NCBI GenBank assembly: GCA_026914245.1
Contig: CP110440.1
Coordinates: 1,860,001-1,924,000 of the forward strand
DNA: 64,000 nucleotides
Source: Puccinia triticina
Lineage: Eukaryota
Direction of reading: 5' to 3'
The notes beneath the pieces were generated by a model. That model was not told the origin of the DNA. It searched no databases and worked only from the letters and a program-made list of their open reading frames with translations. Below, one piece after another: positions 52,574 to 64,000 of this stretch. Position 1 is the first letter of the stretch. Every line of letters starts with the position of its first letter. Both the position numbers and the translations under genes were made by a program.

Positions 52574-52696
52574 TGTTAGAGTGTAGGGGTGACACGTTTG
52601 TGATATGTTCAGATCTTAGCTTGTACCAGTCAGCTATACATGCGCCGCAGTTAGTTAGTCATACGCCGCAGCACCTTGTACATAGTTTATCTACCA
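52574..52696 (+). repeat. Copia A 3' LTR (~123 bp)
   Basis: TGTTAGA directly after the PPT. The right end TCTACCA is approximate because there is no 5' LTR for comparison. Confidence 0.6.
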
Positions 52697-52724
52697 CCGC
52701 GCGAGGTACCGGTTTCTCTTCCTC

Positions 52725-52868
52725 ACCGATTTGGGAAACCGGGACTGGACGCAGCGGTAGCCAACCGCCGGACACGGGACATCTGCAGGTTAGTGTGGCA
52801 ATTCAACCGATTTGGGAAACCAGGACCGGACGCAGCGGTAGCTAACCGCCAGACATGGGACATCTGCA
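52725..52868 (+). repeat. Direct duplication, period ~81 bp
   Basis: ACCGATTTGGGAAACC..GGACGCAGCGGTAGC..GGGACATCTGCAG occurs twice. Confidence 0.8.
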
Positions 52869-53256
52869 GTGTTGCCCGTTTACTTCTTCACACGTCCAGC
52901 TGGCGTCCCAGCACTCCATGCGCCACAGTTGCGTGACGGGGACCCAGAGCCGTACAGGCGCCACTCTGTCATGCAATGGGGCGCCACCGGGACTGTGGGA
53001 ATAGGTGGCGCTACTGAGATGCCACCAACCTGGGCGCCAGATGGCCGCCCCGGTGAGATGCCTGCGTGACGCACCGGTAGGGGAGGCGTCACAGCCGGCT
53101 GTCACGGGGGCGTCGATGCCGGTTGTTGTAGCCCAAGGGGCTACGCATGCTCAACCTTGCCGCAGTAGCGGTATATTCAGCATCCGGGATCAGATCCCGG
53201 ATGCTGAGCTGGGATTCACAACCATTAGAGTCACTCGAGCCTGCCACGTCACAACA

Positions 53257-53268
53257 GGTTATGAGCCC
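53257..53268 (+). promoter_or_regulatory. Primer-binding site (internal region of initiator tRNA-Met)
   Basis: GGTTATGAGCCC directly after the 5' LTR, the copia/Ty5-type half-tRNA PBS. Confidence 0.85.
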
Positions 53269-53910
53269 TTGACGCTCTTTTCTTTCCAACACCCAACCAC
53301 CATCGATCGCCAAGCTTAATCAGCTTGCTTATCCGACTGACTAATCATCAGGAAGAAGATCGATAATCCTATCAACTGCTGAGTCAAGTCTAAACTTAAT
53401 CCGTTTGGTTAATCCGGGCATCCAAACAACATCCCCGAATCGACTCCGAAAGCGTAATAGAAGTGACAGTTTGTTTTCAAAAACTTTCATAGGCTAGGGG
53501 GACTAGCCATCCTTCCGAAAACAAGACTGTGGCACGGTTTTGACTGCTGGTGATCATTGGAGGAAACAGACTTGATCCTATATCTCACCCAACACGTGGA
53601 TCGACTCAACTCAATCTTCTACTTTTGTTTATCACTTTCTTTTTCATTACTCTATATATCCAACTATCATCCCATCAACTCACACCCTCTATATCCATAA
53701 CTCAATATTTAACTCTTTCTCCTTCCGTTTTTCCATATCCAACAAATCTGAATATCCTTCCTATTTTTTTCCGTCTCTTCTCATCAATAACCCCGTTTTT
53801 TTTTCCTTTTTTCTCCACCACTCCCATTACATACATCATCCAAATTTTTTTCCGTTTTCAACCTGCTTACAACAATCACTTGACTCCCAAACACCTACAC
53901 AGCCGAACTG

Positions 53911-56900
53911 ATGGACCCAGCAAAGGATCGACAATCGACGTCGAGATCGGCCACCACGTCAAATTGGAACATCGACGACTTGTCTCACAGAGCTAGACTG
54001 GAGGAAGATATCGCCATCCTTCAATCCAACCTCGAAAGGCTGCCGCCGAGCCCTGACACGACAGTCGGCCAGGGATGTCAAAAAGGCAAAGCCCCGCAAA
54101 ACAAGCCAAGAGACCCTGCTCCAGCCGATGAGCGTGGACCTCTGCCCCACATGGATCCCAGATTGCCCCGCATCTCACAAATACCACCTTTGAATGTGAC
54201 TGACGATGCTCCGCCCGTGCAACGTAGACCAGCCCGCTACAATGAGAGGGACAAGTTGCTGGCCAAGGAGATCAGGGATTTCGAAGAAGCAGAGTTTCAC
54301 CTTTGACAAAGCAAACTCGTGGGCAATGCGATCCAGACGGCGAAGGCACAATTTTGATCTGTCAACACTCTGAAGGCGGACAGGTCAAATTTCGGCGACT
54401 GGTACCCCAACATGGCGGAGGTGGCAAGGTTGAATCTGAAGGATGCCCGTTTCTTTTTTGAAACGTGCAACAACTCGACGTACGAAAAGATTGGCCGTGC
54501 TATCCTCATTGCCAGCATTGATCAGTTGTTGGTGGCGGAAATGCAAGCACTACCGACTTGCTTTGCGATGTACTGGAACCTATTGGCCAAATTAAAGACA
54601 TCTTTGAGGGCCGCACAAATGAACATCTTCAACAAATTCAGAAGATTCAAGATCGACCCCAAGAGACATAACGCCGGCATAGTGTCCGATCTGAAAGATC
54701 TTTATGCCAAATGGGCCTTGATCAACGTAGCAATCGGAGTGGACTCGTTTCTTGGTTTGTGCTGCAAGCGGCGGTGATGGACTCAAACGCGGAATACAAG
54801 AAAGCATTTGAGTTAAGAGTTGAGCAACTGTTCCAAGATGACAAGAAAGGCCGCTGCCCATCTTTTGAGTCCATCATGTTGGCCCTGGACATCTGCAAGG
54901 ACCAACACAAACATGCGACTGAGTTGGACGGCGATCACAACCCATCCTTCACCTCTCCCAACCCTCCAGCAGCTCTGATCATGTCGACGAGCAACCCGGC
55001 GGACTTCGACGTCTCGGCTTTCTTAGCTGAAGTGAGTGAAGACGAGTGGGTCGATGCACTGGACTTCTATGCAGTAACAGCCCACAAATGTTGGCAATGC
55101 GGCGGCGAAAATCACTACGCGAAGAGCTGCCCGGATTGCCCTTGAGCAGGGCAAACAAGCCGAGGGAATGGGCAAGCAATCGGCACGATTGTCGGCACGA
55201 TCTACGGACATCTTCCCAGTGGCACAGCGATGGACTCCGGCCGCTTCCCGAAGACCAATTTCCGGTGAATGTTTCGCCCCCCCACCCGAAACCAAGAACA
55301 TGCCCGGCACCTAGCGGACTACTACCAACCATGGTATCAGCCCAACCAACGGTCAGCCAGCCAGGCTCTTTTGCAACAGGGGTCGGCTACTTCGAATCCG
55401 ACAAAAGGGGGGGTGACTGCTCACATTGTGGAAGTCAACAGTCTTCCAGACGACCTGGACAACCTGGACTTCCATTCGATGGCGCTTGGGGAAGATTTAG
55501 TGAGTGAGACTGCCATTTTTTACACTGGGGCGTCCCACGGGTTCACCGGTTCTAAATCATTACTCCATGATTTCCGCCTACTCCCGAAACCTATTGGTGT
55601 TTCTGTAGCTACCAGTGGAGCAGGGTCAGTGATCACTGGCATGGGGGCCCTAAAGTTCCTGGCCCCTGATGGATCTGTCATTGTGATCAGACAAGTACTG
55701 TATTGTGAGCAGGCAAAGACCACACTCATATCAATGGCAGCCCTGCGAAAAGCTAACGCACTTGTTGCCTATGACAACGCCACAGATACGTTTCACATCT
55801 TGCGCTCAACAGGAGAGCATCTCTTTGACTGTGTTTTTGAAACCGCGAAAAATAGGTGGTGCTTGCCCTATCCAATGATCAGATCGGATAGTCAGCGGGG
55901 AACTCAGTTAGGCGATTGCCATATGCTATTCTCAAACACCTCGACGCCAAGGCCGCAAATGTCCAATTCAAAATCCTCTCCCCCTGCCTCTTCCCTTGCT
56001 TCCTCGCCCAAATCCCTTTCTCTCTCTTCTACATCCTTGTCTCTTCCTTCCAATCATACTTCTGTTTTGTCTCTTAAGCCTGCCCCTGATGACAATAACA
56101 TATCAATTCTTGCATCTAAAGCTAAAGTGCCACTGTCTGATGAAGTGTTCAGGGAACCAGTGGCGAAAGCGACTGACTTTTGCTGGAAGTCAGAAGACCT
56201 TACAAAATATGAGAAGAAACTACTCTACTATCACAGAGTGTTTGGTCATGCTAGCCTCCGACACATTAGGAGCATTGTGAAACGGAAGTTGGGAAATGGA
56301 CTACCTGATGAGATCCCAAGTGGCAAAATACATTGCCCTGTGTGTGCAATAAGCAAGAGTACTCAAATTAACCCTTTAGCTTCTTCACTTAGGACAGTCA
56401 AACACTTAGATGTTTTGGCGGCGGATTTGATGGGTCCTTTTCAGGTAGATTCGATTGACGGCGGACGGTATCTACTCACGATGAGAGATTTAGCGACGGG
56501 CTATGCGTTCGTGAAGGTGCTGAAACAGAAGTCAGAAGCAAATCAACACATCATTGACACCATCAATTGCTTAGAACAAGCAGTAGGGAAGAGAGTCCAA
56601 ACACTCAGGAGCGACAACGGAGGGGAGTTTGCCAACAAGAAGCTAGCCGATTTCCTTGCGGAGAAGGGCATTCAAGCGGAAAAGGCGCTCCCTTACCATC
56701 ACTATCAGAACGGGGTGATAGAGAGATTTAACAGGACAGTCGCGGATACCGGGAGAACAGTTCTTATTGACAGTCCCCTACCAAAAGAATTATGGAGTTA
56801 TGCTTTCGTCTGGGCGACATACGTGCTCAATTGGCTGCCCAACAAAGCCAGTAAAGAACTGACTCCGTATGAACGAATGTTCGGCAGAAAACCTCAAAAC

Positions 56901-58745
56901 TGGACAAACGGGCGGTTAAAGGTCTTGTCATCGCACACTTAGAACAGAGCAAGGGGTGGTTATTCTGGATTCCAGATCAAAAGCGCTTTGTGTCTTTGGC
57001 GATGGTCCGTTTTCCCAATGAAGAACCAACACGCGTGATCCCAGTCGAGACAAACCCGATATCAGATGGTCAGCAATCGACACCGGAGGGCCCTTCGCAA
57101 AAGCTCTCAGTTGACTACATCATGAACCTGCTCCAACTGGGTGATTTCTCTCAAGAAATAGAGTTCACGAATCAGGAGTTAATTGTAGATAAAATTTTGG
57201 ACATGTGCCAGTTCTACGCCATCTCAGTACCAAAAACTTTCCGCCAAGCAATGAATTCACCGGAGAAAGAAGCGTGGTCAAAAAGCCATTGCCACAGAAT
57301 TGTCCAATCTCGAGGAAATGAGGGTTTGGATTCTGAAGCTGAAACCAGAAGACAAAAAAGCTCTAGGAGGGAGATGGGTCTTTGCTACAAAACCAGACAC
57401 GGATGGCAATGGTCTACGTTTCAAGGCTCGCTACGTAGCAAAAGGGTTCACGAAGGTTGAGGGAGAAGACTTCACCGCGACTTTCGCGCCGACAGCAACC
57501 TTTGTTTCCTTACGTCTTTTACTGGTGGTTGCTGCGGCATACGGTTGGCCAGTTCAGAGTTTCGACTTCGTGGCTGCATATCTCAATTCCCCAATCGACG
57601 AGGAAGTGTGGGTGAAGCCTCCAGAAGGGATGAAAACGCCGCCGGGACATGCGCTACTTCTCAAGAAAGCTCTTTATGGCACGCGTCAGGCCGCTAGATG
57701 TTGGTGGCTACACTTGAAAGCGGTTCTGGACAAGTTTGGTTACTCGCCGTCCCAGTACGACAACAGTCTGTACATCCTCCGCCACCCGGAAGAAGCAGGT
57801 GTTTTGTGGCTGCATGTTGACAATGGGGTGGTCACGGCGTCAAGCCCCGCCCTTCTACGACGCCTGGAGCAAGACCTAAAGGATATTCTCAATATTAAGT
57901 GGTCTACGGGTCTAGATTCGATAGTTGGACTGAACGTGAAAAGGTCCAATCAAGGTTTTGAACTATTCCAACTAGAGCTCGTAGCTGGGATCCTGCAAGA
58001 ACACTGGGATGGGACGACAATAGCAAAGACACCTTTGCCGGCTGGTTTCAATGCAACGACAGATGAAGAAGGAGTTGAAGCCAATTCAGGCCGCTATTTA
58101 TCGGTAATTGGATCATTCAGCTATCTAGCGGTAGGGACGCGGCCAGACATCTGTTTTGCAGTCAATTACCTGGCCCGTTTTGCGGCAAAACCTGGAGTAA
58201 CCCACTGGAAAGGGGTTAAACACTTGGTAAACTATCTGGCAGGCAGCAAAGATGTTAGGCTATGCCTTTTCCCTTCCACTGACAATAAACCGCTTAAGAC
58301 ATTTGCAGATGCATCGTGGGGAGGAGAATTCTCCCAATCTTCATACGGCGTCTTGATCACATTCCTGAACTGTCTGGTCCTCTGGGTATCGCGATGCCAA
58401 CAATCGGTGGCGTCGTCGACATGCCACGCAGAGTACATGGCTCTGGGGGTGGCAACGAGGCAAACACTGTGGGTTAGACATCTGCTTTGCGATGTACTTA
58501 AGAAAGATTTCGTAGGTTTTCTATTTTGTGATAATCAATCTGCAATAAAGGTTTCCACTGATGACGCGTCCAATAAACGGACAAGGCACACTGACCGGGA
58601 TTTTTACATCACTAATGAGGCACTGTTTCAAAAGAAGACAGTATTAGAATGGATAAGCACGAAGAATCAGCTGGCCGACATCTTTACCAAGTGTATGCCA
58701 CAGGACAATTTTGCGACATTGAGAGAAAGGATCATGGCAGGTTGA
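53911..58745 (+). pseudogene. Copia B gag-pol polyprotein (stops and frameshifts)
   Basis: CWQCGGENHYAKSC knuckle, protease IFYTGASH (D>Y), YHRVFGH..CPVC, ADLMGP, RSDNGGEF, NGVIERFNRT, RT FDFVAAYLN/LHVDN, RNase H ADASW/EYMAL/CDNQSA/LADIFTK. Confidence 0.95.
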
Positions 58746-59737
58746 CTTGTTTCTTGTTAATAGTTGTTGTTATTTTTTCTTCTTCTTTTATTGGTTAATC
58801 TTTTTCTACTCAGCTCAAGTTCCTTTTATCTCTATTGTTTTCCGTTTCCTTTTCTGGTTGTAGGTAGTACCGCTTCTACGGCGAGAGGGGGGGTGTTGTA
58901 GCCCAAGGGGCTACGCATGCTCAACCTCGCCGCAGTAGCGGTATATTCAGCATCCGGGATCAGATCCCGGATGCTGAGCTGGGATTCACAACCATTAGAG
59001 TCACTCAAGCCTGCCACGTCACAACACCGGTTGCCTGGCTGACGCAAGGGTCTTGATGGCACCACTGGTCATGGGGGGCCCCCACTGCGTCGTGGGGTCG
59101 CCGGAGCGGCTAGAACGCCCAATGGGCGCCCCGTCCAGGTTTGGGCAATCACAGGGCCCTTGAGCCGCGATCCAGTTGGCTTGGATTCAGCCGACTCGCG
59201 TCATGGATGAGTGTGGACAGTGTTGGTGGTCCTCAACCCGGCTTCCCTGCCCCAGACCTAACCCTGACCTGGTGATATATATTGCATGTATCACCTTGCT
59301 CCAAGTCAACACATCCCTTGTCTGCCCAAAAACTTTCCCCCAAGTTTCCCCCCATACGAGCAACTTCTCCGATATCATGAATAAATCCACCCCTGCCCCC
59401 TACTCCTGCCCCCTACTTCTAAGGTAAGTCCCCACACCCCCCAGGTAAGTCCGACCTAGTAACAATCCCCTCCTCAGCCTGCTCTTGCCTTGCCAAGTCT
59501 TAACCAACGGAGAAATACATCAACGCGTGAGTTTGGAGGGCTCTTGCGATCAACTTTGGATCTGACTAAAGTTATGCATTGCAGGTGGCATCACCTGATG
59601 TTCCAGAAGGACACCGAACTCTTCGGCGCGTCCCCCATTTTGGAGGACTTACTGTGTTTGCCCAACCGTGGACAACGTCAGGGCCCCAGCTGCCGAGATC
59701 ACTGATATGTGAATGTACTCGTGATTGCCCTCCCTCC

Positions 59738-59738
<1 letters not shown>

Positions 59739-59771
<33 letters not shown>
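59739..59771. repeat. Poly-C tract (33 nt)
   Basis: Read directly. Confidence 0.95.
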
Positions 59772-59773
<2 letters not shown>

Positions 59774-59790
59774 CATTCATTAGTCCTTGT

Positions 59791-60629
59791 TAGGGATGTA
59801 AACAGGTCGGGTTTGCGTCGGAAAATGGTGCCCAAACCCAACCCAACGTGAGCACCGGGTTGGGTTGGGTCGGGACAAAACTGCAAATGTAGTGCCCAAA
59901 CCCAAACCCATTAATGAGGAGTTGGGTCCAGGTTGGGTCCAGGTCGGCTCTTGGGCCGACCCAGGACAACATCAGTCGTGCTAAATGCACACTAGATTTT
60001 TATGCCATCCTTGAAAACCTGTGTACGCCATCTTTTTTTGGCGTGCAGGGACATATACGCCAAGACACCCTGGACAATTGAACCAAGCCCAGCTCAGAGA
60101 AATACAGCAAGCTGGACTTTGGCCAGGTCTCCGTGAGTATTCTTCCCAGCAAGCTAAGCTTTGACTAGCTTGCCAAGAGGCATGTAGTCCTCTTGGCAAG
60201 CTGGTACAAATCCATCTTGCCAAGAGGTATTTATCCCTCTCGGCAAGCTGCTCATAAGTCTAGCTCTCTGGGAGGTATGCATTCCTCTTGCCAAACTGCT
60301 GACGAAGTCCTTCTCGCCAAGAGGTATGTATTCATCTTGGAGAGCTGATTGAAGTCCAGCCCACCGGGAGGTATGTATTCCTCTTGGTGAGCTGGTACAA
60401 ATTCATTGGCTGTATCCCTCTCGGCGAGTGATTGAGCATGATGTGCCCTCATTTTGGGTCACAATTGGGTTCATGGGCCGACCCGAGTGGGAAAAACCCT
60501 GCCCAAACTCGACCCGATTATCTAATTGGGTCGGTTTTTTAAAGAGAGGCCTGAGGGCTGCCCAAACCCAACCCAGAACCCATTGGGTCTTGGGTCTTTC
60601 CAGGGCGACCCAACCCATTTACATTCCTA
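59791..60629. mobile_element. Non-autonomous hAT (Ac-like termini)
   Basis: TIR TAGG(G/A)ATGTAAA. Perfect 8-bp TSD GTCCTTGT. Subterminal AACCC/GGGTT motifs. Confidence 0.92.
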
Positions 60630-60894
60630 GTCCTTGTGAAGTGATGTTGCCTATGTTTGCTCCCTCTTCCCACCCCCCCCCCCCCCAATCTTGTTTCCCT
60701 CCCGTTGTATCTGTATCTAAGTAGATGTCCCCGAGCATCTTGCTTTTGAAAATTATAAGAGATACCTCCAAACATTTACCCTGTGTGTTATTGCCCGTGA
60801 GGTTTTGGCACCCTGGACGTTGTTTGTGGCCTCAATAGAGTCCCCACGTGCGCGCCTGCCTGCCAGCCAACGGCGGACCCTGAGGCATCTCAAG

Positions 60895-61252
60895 CAACGG
60901 TGAAACAAATACAATACATGTATCTGTATCTGCCTGTATTTGTATCTGTTTTGCACCCAATACTATTTATTTGTATTGTATTCAAAGACCAATACTATAC
61001 AAATTTATTCAAACTTTGGTATCTTGTTGCAAATACAGCCCAATACAAGATACTGTATTTTTACGTTTTTTGATAGTTTTTCTGTATACAGTCCACAGTG
61101 GCCAAAAACAAGAAAATCAAGTTTTAATAATTTATTGATACAATACTATGGTATTGTATCTTCAGGCAGATACAATACATTTGTATTTTTCAACAGATAC
61201 AATACACAAGTATCTGAAGATACTGTATTGTATAGTATCTGTTTCACCGTTG
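60895..61252. mobile_element. MITE with 7-bp TSD (copy of 34538-34909)
   Basis: TIR CAACGGTGAAACA. Perfect TSD TCTCAAG. Confidence 0.92.
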
Positions 61253-61734
61253 TCTCAAGGCATTTGGGCCCTAGCACTATAGCTGTGCTGATTTAAACAC
61301 TAGTAATGTAAATTACTAAACTTGTTACGTGGTAAATATGGCCACTGCAAGGGTTTTAAACACTCTTTAAAATAGGAGGATTTATTATGTAATTAATAAT
61401 ATATAATTATTAATTACAGGGAATAAATTTGGCGTAAAAAGTAGGTGGTAAGCGCTTAAACTGATTGGCTGCTTGACAGAGGCGGAGGTCTTACGGAAAC
61501 TACTTATAAGGATATAGCTTTAAATATGCTAATAAGGGATTTTCGATATTTGAAAGGTTTAATCCAGTGGATTTTGCGTGCTGGGGATGGTTTTAAAGCA
61601 AAAAGGGGCTACAGTAGTAGCAGAGAAGAATATTCACGGCAAACTTACAGTTTATGGGCGGTGAATGGTCTGGGGGATCTTTTCCTGAGGGCCAAATAGG
61701 CCTCTATTTATAGAGGGAACTTCAGTGGACGCAA

Positions 61735-62740
61735 CAACACCCCAACTATTATGCTACATTTAGCGCATATAGCAAATTGTTTAGCGTAGCGGTCTGCCAG
61801 CTACGCTGCAATTTAGCGCAGTTGTCTTTCAGCTACAGTTACAATTTCAACCTGAGTTGAGAGAATAACAGACAAATTTAATCGCTAATGTTTAGCGTTT
61901 GTAGCGCAAAAAAACTACGCTACATTTCTTTTAGCGCCCCATTTGCTAATGCAGCAATTAATTAGCTAAGTTAGATCGCTAATTAGCGACGGGAGTAGGT
62001 AAGCAACTCAGATATAGTTTCATTGAATTAATTAGTAATAAGAGTGAATTATTGCGCACTCCGCGGTAATATTTGCCTACTCAGCGCTTGCAGAGCTCAT
62101 AGTACGGCTGTGCTACTGTTGAGTTTTACTGTCAGATTTCACGAAATCCTGCAGTGCGCACTCCGCTGGAATATTTGCCTACTCAGCGCTCGCAGAGCTC
62201 GTACTGTCGGATTACGCGTAATCTGACTGTACGACTGTGCTACTGTTGAGTTGTACTGTCGGATTTTGTGAAATCCGACAGTACAACTGTGCTACTGTTG
62301 AGCTGTACTGTTGGATTTCGTGCAACAGTAGCTGTACAAGCGCTGGGGGCGCTCGGGACCGCTCGCAGAACTCTTGCTGTCGGATTACGCCAAATCCAAC
62401 AGTATAATCATTTTTAGCGGTGCTGGTGTGTTCCAACCAGGTCAAAGCCCCGCTAAAGTACCCCTATACTGCTAATTACTCAATGTAGCGGCGTAGCGGG
62501 TACTTTAGCAATTGAAAGCCGCTGCACCGCTAAATTACATGTAAACTTAGTGTTAGCGCCCTCATTGTAGCTACGCTACATGGGAGGCGTATAAAGATTA
62601 GCGGCACCTTCGCTACGCTACCCCTAAAAAGTGGATTTTTGCGCTACCGCTAACGCTAACCGCCATTTTATTTAGCAATGGTTCGCTACGCTACGGAATT
62701 AGCGCCGCTAATCTAATTTAGCGTAATAGTTGGGGTGTTG
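61735..62740. mobile_element. Non-autonomous TIR element
   Basis: TIR CAACACCCCAACTATTA. Flanks GTGGACGCAA / GTGACGCAA (imperfect TSD). TAGCG/CGCTA-rich subterminals. Confidence 0.75.
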
Positions 62741-62862
62741 GTGACGCAACCACCAAGCCTTTTTCTCCCTATGGGAGTATCCTGAGGTGTAGCCGTGAAC
62801 AAGGCTTGGCTGTGGGCAATTTATTTATATTATAATAGACTAATTTCCCTGACTCTGTCACA

Positions 62863-63343
62863 CAACAATGGGTTGCTACTTTACTCTATGATAACCGGGG
62901 CTGTAGAGTAAAGTAGCAAGCTGCACCTAACATTTTTACAGGTATTGTTAGCGCTAGCGCGCGGATAGCCGCGTCACAGTTATTGTAACTGGCCTTTTTT
63001 TGCACAGCAGTTATTAGTAAAGTAACGTGTTATCGAGAAAATTAACATGTTATTAAGCAATTGAGGGTCAACTTGGCCCTTATCAAGCAGAGCAACACTT
63101 GATTGAGCAGTGAAAGGTCAAATCAGCCCTGAAATGGCCTTTTCTTGATCAATATATTGATAAATACCTCCTGCTCTGCCCATAGATATTGTAGCGGCCT
63201 TGAAAAGAAAAACACCCGGCCGGTGCAATATTGATATTGCACCACATTTCCCCATTGCTACCGGTCCGGTTATTGTAGAGGGACCAAAAATCGCTATGAT
63301 AATGTTACGATATGGATAACCGTAAAGTAGCAACCCACCGTTG
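62863..63343. mobile_element. MITE with 7-bp TSD
   Basis: TIR CAAC(GG/AA)TGGGTTGCTACTTTAC. Perfect TSD TGTCACA. Confidence 0.9.
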
Positions 63344-64000
63344 TGTCACATGACTTAACCAATTGTCATGTGAAAGAGCTTCAGTAGAAGTCTACATAAT
63401 ACTTTCACGGGGTATTTTTACATGACTAATATTAATCTTTCATGTACAATAGTTTAATTTTATGTACTTTGTTTATTTTACTAATTTTTTGTATGTAATA
63501 CCTTTTTTGGGCGCTTTCTGGGGCCAATTCTTAATTATAAAATTAGTGCATGAAGGAATAGGAGGAAGGGGTTACTTTGAGTGGGTGACCCGCCTTAATT
63601 TATGATGAGGAATCTGATTCTGCAATAATGATTCATTAATTATTATTATTTACCAAGTTATTGCAGTCTTTTGGATAGTTGAGGTATCTCTAAGGCTGAC
63701 AAAAGCAATTGAATTCCAGAAGCTGTAATTATTTCAATAATCATGGCCCTGTGCTGGTGGGAGGAGGATAATAATGATAGCTATTCCTTGAACCAAAATA
63801 TTTACCTGGAGGGTTTATACCACTTATTTTGATAGAGGTGTGTCAGAACAATTTGACAGTGTTAGGGATTTCATTGCCACAGGAAAAATTCTGCTAGAAC
63901 ACTTACTAGTGTAATTTGATGCCAAAAATAATTATCACACCCACAATAACTGTGAATACAAAACACTCAAAAATATGACCAAAGAAGTTGCTTTGTTGCT

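Larger units (their letters stand above)
43782..52696 (+). mobile_element. Ty1/copia element A, 5'-truncated, split by nested insertions
   Basis: gag (CLYCREIRHWYADC knuckle), protease LDSGST, integrase, RT and RNase H in copia order, then PPT GCAGGAGGGAG and a 3' LTR. Confidence 0.9.
53124..59026 (+). mobile_element. Full-length degenerate Ty1/copia element B (5903 bp)
   Basis: 133-bp LTRs 53124-53256 and 58894-59026 (2 differences). TSD CCGGT, PBS GGTTATGAGCCC, PPT GAGAGGGGGGG. Confidence 0.97.
60861..63701. mobile_element. Probable solo LTR (~970 bp net) with three nested TIR elements
   Basis: TGCCAGCC...GGCTGACA ends. TATTTATAGAG motif as in the other ~1-kb LTRs. No TSD match. Confidence 0.5.

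Noticed and set aside
53550..53996. Hydrophobic 148-aa membrane-protein ORF
   Set aside because: Pyrimidine-rich 5' leader of copia B with a non-ATG start; compositional artefact.

Overview
Eukaryotic, repeat-saturated window, most likely from a rust fungus (Pucciniales). That assignment is an inference from the TE families, the short GT-AG introns with GCTGAC branch sites and the pervasive TCG>TTG decay. I found no clearly intact host gene. Contents: (i) a ~2.2-kb near-identical inverted duplication (1768-4030 / 5052-7191); (ii) about ten solo LTRs, most with 5-bp TSDs; (iii) many non-autonomous TIR elements: CAC-ended with 3-bp TSD, hAT-like with 8-bp TSD, PIF/Harbinger with TTA TSD, and a recurrent CAACRGTG-ended group with 7-bp TSDs; (iv) five Helitron 3' termini; (v) a Harbinger-type transposase pseudogene, a disrupted F-box gene between two Helitron ends, and a phytochrome-like histidine-kinase fragment; (vi) a ~6.9-kb array of a 173-bp satellite with internal multi-unit duplications; (vii) a Ty1/copia element split by nested insertions, and a second full-length but degenerate copia with 133-bp LTRs. 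Most ORFs in the track are spurious translations of repeats. All boundaries were read by eye. Family assignments rest on TSD/TIR rules and motif recognition, not on database searches.
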